Under the pieces are notes generated by a model. That model saw only the letters and a program-made list of their open reading frames with translations. It did no database searches and was not told where the DNA came from. From the NCBI GenBank assembly GCA_001790095.1, contig MGBH01000001.1, positions 330,001-362,000 of the forward strand: 32,000 nucleotides of DNA. The letters are read 5' to 3'. How positions within the stretch are numbered: position 1 is the stretch's first letter; the number at the start of each line of letters is the position of its first letter. The position numbers and the translations under genes were made by a program. Positions 26,240 to 32,000 of this stretch are shown here, in pieces. The stretch comes from Candidatus Saccharimonadota bacterium. GTDB taxonomy: Bacteria > Patescibacteriota > Microgenomatia > UBA1406 > GWC2-37-13.

Positions 26240-26595
26240 TCAGAAGACACACCATTTCGATTAAAAATGCTTGGAACGGGATCATCTGGTCTTTTTCCAC
26301 ACAACCAAACTATCGCATCCATGTGCTACTTTCCTCGCTATCCCTTGCTCTTGGTGTTTGGTTAAAAATAGCCGATTATGAATTTTTGATAATTTGCGTA
26401 TTAATAACACTTGGTCTTTCTATTGAGACGATAAATACCGCAATTGAAGAAGCAACAGATGCTGTGGACACAAAGATTCGTGAAGATATCAAGCGAGCAA
26501 AAGATGTATCTGCTGGTGCGATGCTTATTTTTGCTATTGGAGCAACGCTTATTGCTGGATTTATTTTTATACCCAAGATATTGTTACTATTTTAA
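26236..26595 (+). CDS. dgkA: DgkA-family lipid kinase (diacylglycerol/undecaprenol kinase)
   Basis: 119 aa with 3 TM segments. SIKNAWNGIIWSF, ETINTAIEEATD and AKDVSAGAML match the DgkA signature. Confidence 0.85.
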   Translation: MIRRHTISIKNAWNGIIWSFSTQPNYRIHVLLSSLSLALGVWLKIADYEFLIICVLITLGLSIETINTAIEEATDAVDTKIREDIKRAKDVSAGAMLIFAIGATLIAGFIFIPKILLLF

Positions 26596-26613
26596 TTTTA
26601 TTTAGTCTCTATT

Positions 26614-27651
26614 ATGTCTCTATACCTTTTTGCAACTTTTGTATCCTTTTTGTTCAATTTTTTTCTCATTGTTCCCTTTATACATTTTTTGTATAAGGCT
26701 AAATTCCAACGTCAAAATCAGCAGACAAAAGACGCTTTTAACAAACCGACACCTATCTTTGATAAGTTCCATGCCCATAAAATGGGTACTCCTGTTGGTG
26801 GAGGTATACTAATCGTTGTTACCACAACGCTTCTTTTCGGTTTTTTTGTATTACTTTATGCCGTTTTTAATAAACCCCTCCATGCTAATTATCCTTCAGT
26901 AATAGGTGAAATAAAGATAATATTTTTTACTTTTTTAGGATTTGCTCTTTTGGGAATTTATGACGATTTGACAAAAATTTTACTTTGGAGGAAATCACTT
27001 TTTTTTGGATTGAGAATGCGACATAAATTTATTCTGGAAATTATCCTTGCGACAATTATTGCCTACTGGTTATACTCAGATCTAAAAATTGACATAATCC
27101 ATATACCCTTTTTTGGCGTATTTACTTTGGGATGGTTTTATATTCCTTTTGCATCGTTTGTCATCGTTGCATTTTCCAATGCAGTTAATATAACTGACGG
27201 ATTAGATGGACTTGCTTCAGGTGTTCTTATGATCGCTTTAACAGGATTCTGGGTCATTGCAAGATCGATTATCGATGTACCAACTTCAATGTTTATCGGT
27301 GTATGGTTGGGCGGGCTTCTTGCATTTTTGTACTTTAATATCTACCCGGCACGCATCATACTGGGAGACACTGGTGCGCTTTCATTTGGCGCAATGTTTG
27401 CGGTCATTGGGCTCATATTGGGAAAAGCATTTGCTCTCCCCATGATAGGAGGAGTTTTTATACTTGAGATTGTGACGTCTCTTGTTCAATTATTAAGCAA
27501 AAAATATCTGAAAAGAAAAATGTTTACCGTTGCTCCTTTTCATCTTTGGCTTCAGCTTCGTGGGTGGGAGGAACCTAAGGTAGTGATGCGGCTTTGGCTT
27601 CTTTCTATCATCTTTTCGATCTTTGGTCTTATGATTGCGTTTATGAAGTAA
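26614..27651 (+). CDS. mraY: Phospho-N-acetylmuramoyl-pentapeptide transferase
   Basis: Polytopic. NAVNITDGLDGLA, GDTGALSFGA and PFHLWLQLRGW. Confidence 0.93.
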   Translation: MSLYLFATFVSFLFNFFLIVPFIHFLYKAKFQRQNQQTKDAFNKPTPIFDKFHAHKMGTPVGGGILIVVTTTLLFGFFVLLYAVFNKPLHANYPSVIGEIKIIFFTFLGFALLGIYDDLTKILLWRKSLFFGLRMRHKFILEIILATIIAYWLYSDLKIDIIHIPFFGVFTLGWFYIPFASFVIVAFSNAVNITDGLDGLASGVLMIALTGFWVIARSIIDVPTSMFIGVWLGGLLAFLYFNIYPARIILGDTGALSFGAMFAVIGLILGKAFALPMIGGVFILEIVTSLVQLLSKKYLKRKMFTVAPFHLWLQLRGWEEPKVVMRLWLLSIIFSIFGLMIAFMK

Positions 27652-27663
27652 GATGGCTATAAT
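27635..27663 (+). promoter_or_regulatory. Candidate internal promoter in front of the PP-loop ORF
   Basis: TTGCGT(27635..27640)-17 nt-TATAAT(27658..27663)-6 nt-ATG(27670), lying in the mraY 3' end. The -35 is weak. Confidence 0.35.
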
Positions 27664-27669
27664 GTAGCT

Positions 27670-28974
27670 ATGAACAGCCAGGGTTATTTCTCTTTTGATA
27701 CCTATAGTATTTCAGACGACAGGAAAAGCCTTTATTTTGACTATTCTCACATCCTTCCTGACGGGAATAAAATACCATTTAAAGAAAAAGTTATCTTTCC
27801 ATACGCAATCTCAACAAGTATATCCTCAGTCCTACTTAATCAAATACTTATAAGTCTCCATTTGGCAATTGGGATAAGCTACTGGAAGCTTTATTGTCCG
27901 AGCCATATACAGATAAGGGGATATCAACTTGATTCTTTTCAAGCTCATTTTTGGAATACAGTATATACAAAAGGACTGGGAGAATTTTTTTTTAAAAACA
28001 AGATCAACTTTCACGGACTAATAGACTTTCCCTACAGTGAAAAGATTGTTATTACAAACGATGTAGTATCTACTGGATTTATACCTGTTAATAACAAACA
28101 AAACTACTTGTTGGGGATCGGTGGGGGAAAAGATTCAATTGTAGCTTTAGAGATGTTAAAACAAGCAAAAAAAGATACAACGGGTTTTATTCTTTACCAT
28201 AAAAACGAGGACATAAAAATAAAAAAAGAAGTACTTGGAGTTATGGGAATTAATAGCTTGATAGTTGAGAGAGAGATAGACAAAAAGCTTTTTGAGTTGA
28301 ACAAAAGCCATAAGGTTTACAACGGTCACGTGCCGATCACTGCCATATATTCTTTTGTAGGTATTCTTTTGGCTTTGATCATGGGTTACTCCTTTGTGAT
28401 CATACCAAACGGGAAAAGCTCAAACATCGGTAACCTTTGTTATTTAGGTGAGATTATTAATCACCAGTGGAGCAAGAGTGAAGAGTTTGAGGATTTGCTG
28501 CGAAAATATCTTGATCATTCCTCCCTCGGACGGATTGCTTATTCTTCAATATTACGTCATATGAACGAACTTGAGATTACGAAGGAGTTCATAAAACACA
28601 AAAAATATTTTAATGTTTTTTCAAGCTGCAACAAGAATTTTAGAATATACAAAACGCATAAGACAATAGCAAACAACAAAGAGTTGAGGTGGTGTGGAAA
28701 GTGTCCAAAATGTGCCTTTGTTTTTACCATGTTGTCAGCCTATCTATCGGGGGGAGAGGTTGAAGATATTTTTAAAAAAAATCTTTATAAAGACCCATCT
28801 CTTATTATTTTGTATAAAGATTTACTTGGTGTTGGTGACTTAAAACCATTTGATTGCGTGGGTACACCCGATGAAGTAAGAACCGCTTTTTATATGGCTT
28901 ACAAAAGAAACGAATATAAGGATGATGTCATTATGAATATGTTTATTAAAGAAGTATTACCAAACATGAAATAA
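27670..28974 (+). CDS. Uncharacterised PP-loop (adenine-nucleotide alpha-hydrolase-like) protein with a C-terminal CxxCxxC; candidate MurL-like UDP-MurNAc-L-Ala-L-Glu epimerase
   Basis: A 434-aa ORF with host-like composition. LLGIGGGKDS (aa 147-156, nt 28108..28137) resembles the SGGxDS PP-loop. SSCN and WCGKCPKC (nt 28690..28713) resemble the QueC/TtcA-type Cys cluster. The N-terminal ~140 aa are unrecognised. That it is a coding region is high confidence; the function is inferred from context only. Confidence 0.6.
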   Translation: MNSQGYFSFDTYSISDDRKSLYFDYSHILPDGNKIPFKEKVIFPYAISTSISSVLLNQILISLHLAIGISYWKLYCPSHIQIRGYQLDSFQAHFWNTVYTKGLGEFFFKNKINFHGLIDFPYSEKIVITNDVVSTGFIPVNNKQNYLLGIGGGKDSIVALEMLKQAKKDTTGFILYHKNEDIKIKKEVLGVMGINSLIVEREIDKKLFELNKSHKVYNGHVPITAIYSFVGILLALIMGYSFVIIPNGKSSNIGNLCYLGEIINHQWSKSEEFEDLLRKYLDHSSLGRIAYSSILRHMNELEITKEFIKHKKYFNVFSSCNKNFRIYKTHKTIANNKELRWCGKCPKCAFVFTMLSAYLSGGEVEDIFKKNLYKDPSLIILYKDLLGVGDLKPFDCVGTPDEVRTAFYMAYKRNEYKDDVIMNMFIKEVLPNMK

Positions 28975-28978
28975 ATCA

Positions 28979-30211
28979 ATGAAGTTAAAAGACCTAAAAA
29001 ACAAACGAATTCTTATCCTGGGTTATGGCAAAGAAGGAAAAGCAACAGAAGCTTTCTTAAAGAAAGCTTTTCCTAGTATATTAGTAGATCATACTGACAA
29101 GAAGATGGAGTCTGCTTATTTGGAAAGACAAAAAGAATATGACGTTGTCATAAAGACCCCAGGTATTCCCAAAAAGTTTATTACTGTTCCCTACACTACT
29201 GCTACCAATTTATTTTTTGAGAGTTGTCCAGGCGTCATCATTGGCGTCACCGGTTCAAAGGGTAAAAGCACTACATCTACCCTTATTTATCATATTCTGA
29301 AGTCTTCAGGTAAACCTGTTCATTTGGTTGGTAATATTGGCAACCCAGCGTTGTTAGAGCTTATGCTTCCGAGAGGAAAGGATGATATTTTTGTGATAGA
29401 ACTTTCAAGTTATCAACTTGACGACATTGCTTATTCTCCTCATATCAGCGTAATGCTTAACCTATTTCCCGAGCACATGGATTACCATGGCGATGTATCT
29501 ACTTATTTTGAATCAAAAAAGAACATCATTAAGCAAAGCAAAGAGAATGATTTTTTTATCTATAATCCTCAGTACGAAGATTTGGTGCAGCTTGCAAAAA
29601 ATACTTACTGTAGAGCAATTCCTTTCACAGAGCTCATACCCCTTTCTGATAATAAAATACCGCTTCTAGGAGAACACAATAGGACGAATATTAAGGCAGC
29701 GCTCACTGTAGTATCTTTATTTGATATATCTGAAGAAAGTATAAAAAAGTCGCTTTTGACATTTAAACCTCTTCGACACCGGCTTGAAAACATAGGCACT
29801 TATAGAGAAATAACATTTTATGACGATGCAATCTCAACGACTCCCCAGTCTACCATTGCCGCTATCAAATCCCTTTCTCCCATCGACACCATTTTTCTAG
29901 GGGGGGAAGATAGGGGTTATGATTTTTCAACTCTTGTAGATGAAATAATTAAAATGCGGATATCCAACATCGTGTTATTTCCTAATTCAGGGTTAAAGAT
30001 CCTATCGTTTTTAAAAAAACAAACAGCATATCAACCTCGCATTCTAGAAACTTCAGACATGAAAGAAGCAGTAAGATTTGCATACTTGCATACAAAACCC
30101 CACACTATTTGTCTCCTTTCTACTGCGTCTCCAAGTTATAGCGTATGGAAGAATTTTGAAGAAAAGGGAGATCTATTTACTCTTTATGCTTCTAAATATG
30201 AGAAGAGTTAA
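28979..30211 (+). CDS. murD: MurD-type ligase (UDP-MurNAc-L-Ala:glutamate ligase) with an atypical amino-acid pocket motif
   Basis: ILILGYGKEGKA (Rossmann-like N-terminus), GVTGSKGKSTTS, ELSSYQLD, NLFPEHMDYHG, GEHNRTNIKAAL and KPLRHRLE are colinear with E. coli MurD. DDAISTTP replaces NDSKATN. Confidence 0.85.
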   Translation: MKLKDLKNKRILILGYGKEGKATEAFLKKAFPSILVDHTDKKMESAYLERQKEYDVVIKTPGIPKKFITVPYTTATNLFFESCPGVIIGVTGSKGKSTTSTLIYHILKSSGKPVHLVGNIGNPALLELMLPRGKDDIFVIELSSYQLDDIAYSPHISVMLNLFPEHMDYHGDVSTYFESKKNIIKQSKENDFFIYNPQYEDLVQLAKNTYCRAIPFTELIPLSDNKIPLLGEHNRTNIKAALTVVSLFDISEESIKKSLLTFKPLRHRLENIGTYREITFYDDAISTTPQSTIAAIKSLSPIDTIFLGGEDRGYDFSTLVDEIIKMRISNIVLFPNSGLKILSFLKKQTAYQPRILETSDMKEAVRFAYLHTKPHTICLLSTASPSYSVWKNFEEKGDLFTLYASKYEKS

Positions 30212-30215
30212 GCCC

Positions 30216-31298
30216 ATGACCGACAATAAAACCCGTGCGAAAAGATCGTTTATTACCTTGTTTTCTTTACCTATCGTGCTTTCGGTTATTGGTCTTTTTT
30301 TTGTGTTTGAAGCCTCTTACGTAAGAAGCTTTGGTGAATATAGGGATAGTTTCCATTACTTCAAAATTCAAGCAACGTGGATTCTGCTTGGTACCCTTAT
30401 CATGGTGATTCTTTCTTATGTTGACTATCATAAACTATATTACGGAGCTTTTTTTCTGATGCTTGTCAATATATTTCTTTTATTTCTTGTGCTTGTTCCA
30501 GGCATCGGCACAAAAGTAAATGGTGCACGAAGGTGGATTTTTGGTTTTCAACCTACAGAGATGGCAAAATTCTCAGTAATTATCTATCTGTCTTCTTGGT
30601 TTATTACCAAAGAAAGAAAACGTTTTTTTTCCTTTATCATTTTACTTGGACTTCTTATGTTTTTGATTATTTTGCAACCTGATATGGGAACTGCAGCTAT
30701 CCTTTTTTCCCTCAGTATTGCCATATATTTTTTGGCAGGTATTGAGCTTCGTTATTTACTGTTTTTAGTGCCGTTTTCTCTCCTCAGTTTTTATATGCTA
30801 GCAAAATCATCACCTTATAGACTTAAGCGTTTGCTTGCTTTCTTTGATCCTACAATCGATCCACTGGGTATAACTTATCACATCAATCAAATTTTGATTT
30901 CATTGTCAAACGGAGGAATTTTTGGTCAAGGATTTGGTGCATCCAAACAAAAACATCTTTATTTGCCCGAGGCTCATACAGACTCAATTTTTGCAATCAT
31001 AGGGGAGGAGATTGGATTCTTGGGGAGTTTCATTTTAATCACTATCTTCATATTCCTTGCTATATATATATTTAGGATTGCAGAGCAAGCTCATGACAGG
31101 TTTGGCAGGCTGCTTTGCGGCGGTATATTTGCTTTTTTCTGTCTTCAAACGACAATAAATTTAGCAAGCATGGTCCACCTTATTCCTTTAACAGGAGTTC
31201 CTTTACCATTTATCTCCTATGGTGGTTCGAATCTGCTTCTATCCTTTGCACTTATGGGTATTGTGTTAAGCATTGCCAGAAGCATAAAAATTAGATAA
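30216..31298 (+). CDS. ftsW: SEDS-family peptidoglycan polymerase FtsW
   Basis: Polytopic. GARRWIFGFQPTEMAKF, LQPDMGTA, PEAHTDSIFAIIGEEIGF and PLPFISYGGSN. I chose the start at ATG 30216 (the alternative at 30198 overlaps the murD end) rather than the ORF-track start at 30078. Confidence 0.88.
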   Translation: MTDNKTRAKRSFITLFSLPIVLSVIGLFFVFEASYVRSFGEYRDSFHYFKIQATWILLGTLIMVILSYVDYHKLYYGAFFLMLVNIFLLFLVLVPGIGTKVNGARRWIFGFQPTEMAKFSVIIYLSSWFITKERKRFFSFIILLGLLMFLIILQPDMGTAAILFSLSIAIYFLAGIELRYLLFLVPFSLLSFYMLAKSSPYRLKRLLAFFDPTIDPLGITYHINQILISLSNGGIFGQGFGASKQKHLYLPEAHTDSIFAIIGEEIGFLGSFILITIFIFLAIYIFRIAEQAHDRFGRLLCGGIFAFFCLQTTINLASMVHLIPLTGVPLPFISYGGSNLLLSFALMGIVLSIARSIKIR

Positions 31299-31313
31299 GA
31301 TGAAAAACAAATC

Positions 31314-32000
31314 ATGAAAATACTCATTACCGGTGGCCATCTCACTCCTGCTCTTGCTGTCATCGATCGCATTATTGCATCATCTCAAAACAAAGATATT
31401 AGTTTTGTATTTGTGGGTAGAAAGTACTCACTTGAAAGCGAGCAGACGTATTCATTTGAGTATAAAGAGATTACAAAGCGAAACATACCTTTTATCTCAC
31501 TTCATGCGGGACGACTTACGAGATTTCTATCGTATAAAAGCATTCGAAGTATCTTAAGGATTCCCCTTGGATTTTTTCACGCCCTGTTTGTCTTACGTCA
31601 GGAGTCACCAGATATTATTTTGTCATTTGGCGGGTATTTAGCGCTTCCAATAGCCTTTGCTGGATGGTTATATAGAAAACCGATATTTACACATGAGCAG
31701 ACTATGCATCCTGGATTATCAAATAGAATTATTGCTTATTTTTCAAAAAAAATATTTTATTCATTCCCGGAAACTAAAAAGTTTTTTCCCTCAGGAAGAC
31801 GCACCATACTATCAGGTAATCCGATACGAAAAACTGTTTTTGAGGTAAGAAAAAAACCATTTGAAATACAAAAAACCAAACCGGTCATATACATAACAGG
31901 AGGATCTCTTGGTTCCCATGGCATTAATAACCATATACGTATGATTCTTCCCAATTTGTTACGTGACTTTATTGTCATCCATCAGACAGGTAACGTAAAA
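31314..32000 (+). CDS. murG: Undecaprenyldiphospho-muramoylpentapeptide beta-N-acetylglucosaminyltransferase (N-terminal 229 aa; runs off the window; absent from the ORF track)
   Basis: Manual translation from ATG 31314: MKILITGGHLTPALAVIDRI...ILSFGGYLALPIAFAGWL...HEQTMHPGLSNR...ITGGSLGSHGIN. The G-loop, HEQN-like motif and position after ftsW are all typical of MurG. Confidence 0.88.
   Translation, partial: MKILITGGHLTPALAVIDRIIASSQNKDISFVFVGRKYSLESEQTYSFEYKEITKRNIPFISLHAGRLTRFLSYKSIRSILRIPLGFFHALFVLRQESPDIILSFGGYLALPIAFAGWLYRKPIFTHEQTMHPGLSNRIIAYFSKKIFYSFPETKKFFPSGRRTILSGNPIRKTVFEVRKKPFEIQKTKPVIYITGGSLGSHGINNHIRMILPNLLRDFIVIHQTGNVK

Noticed and set aside
1-32000. Alternative genetic code (UGA recoding as in some CPR lineages), CRISPR arrays, tRNA/rRNA genes, transposases or integrases
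   Set aside because: TGA clearly terminates rsmH, ftsL-like, murE, murA and yvcK at ATGA junctions where the next conserved protein begins. I saw no repeat-spacer periodicity, no cloverleaf-like or rRNA-like stretches in the short intergenic regions, and no recombinase-like ORFs.

Overview
This is an AT-rich, tightly packed bacterial chromosome segment using the standard genetic code; TGA acts as a stop in several ATGA gene overlaps. The style suggests a small-genome bacterium, possibly CPR/Patescibacteria, but that is inference only. I recognised no rRNA, tRNA, CRISPR array or mobile element.

The genes fall into four strand blocks:
- Block 1, minus strand, 1-6500: trpS (its 3' end runs off the window and it is missing from the supplied ORF track), an unknown 221-aa ORF, a TrpR/YerC-like regulator, a class A PBP, metG and a small membrane protein.
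- Block 2, plus strand, 6559-11207: rpsO, pnp, ftsK.
- Block 3, minus strand, 11224-15067: murJ, a type-2 thymidine/AMP phosphorylase, mltG.
- Block 4, plus strand, 15161-32000: an expanded dcw/mur cluster in the order mraZ, rsmH, ftsL-like, ftsI, murE, pgeF, murC, murB, murA, NTase-LbH, yvcK, dgkA, mraY, a PP-loop ORF, murD, ftsW, murG (partial, also missing from the ORF track).

The observations most worth a second look are:
1. A 434-aa PP-loop/CxxC protein sits between mraY and a MurD whose D-Glu-pocket motif is altered. This fits a MurD2/MurL-type L-Glu ligation plus epimerisation route.
2. TrpRS carries an N-terminal YbaK/ProX-like editing-type domain.
3. The TrpR-family regulator has three ACTAGT hexamers at 8-bp spacing in its own promoter, nearly identical to the E. 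coli trp operator.
4. Consensus-like promoters end 6-11 nt before the start codons of operon-head genes, and Shine-Dalgarno motifs are generally absent, which suggests leaderless or near-leaderless mRNAs.
5. MurE lacks its N-terminal domain and has a non-canonical DNPR motif.

All functional calls rest on motif recognition by eye; no database search was run.
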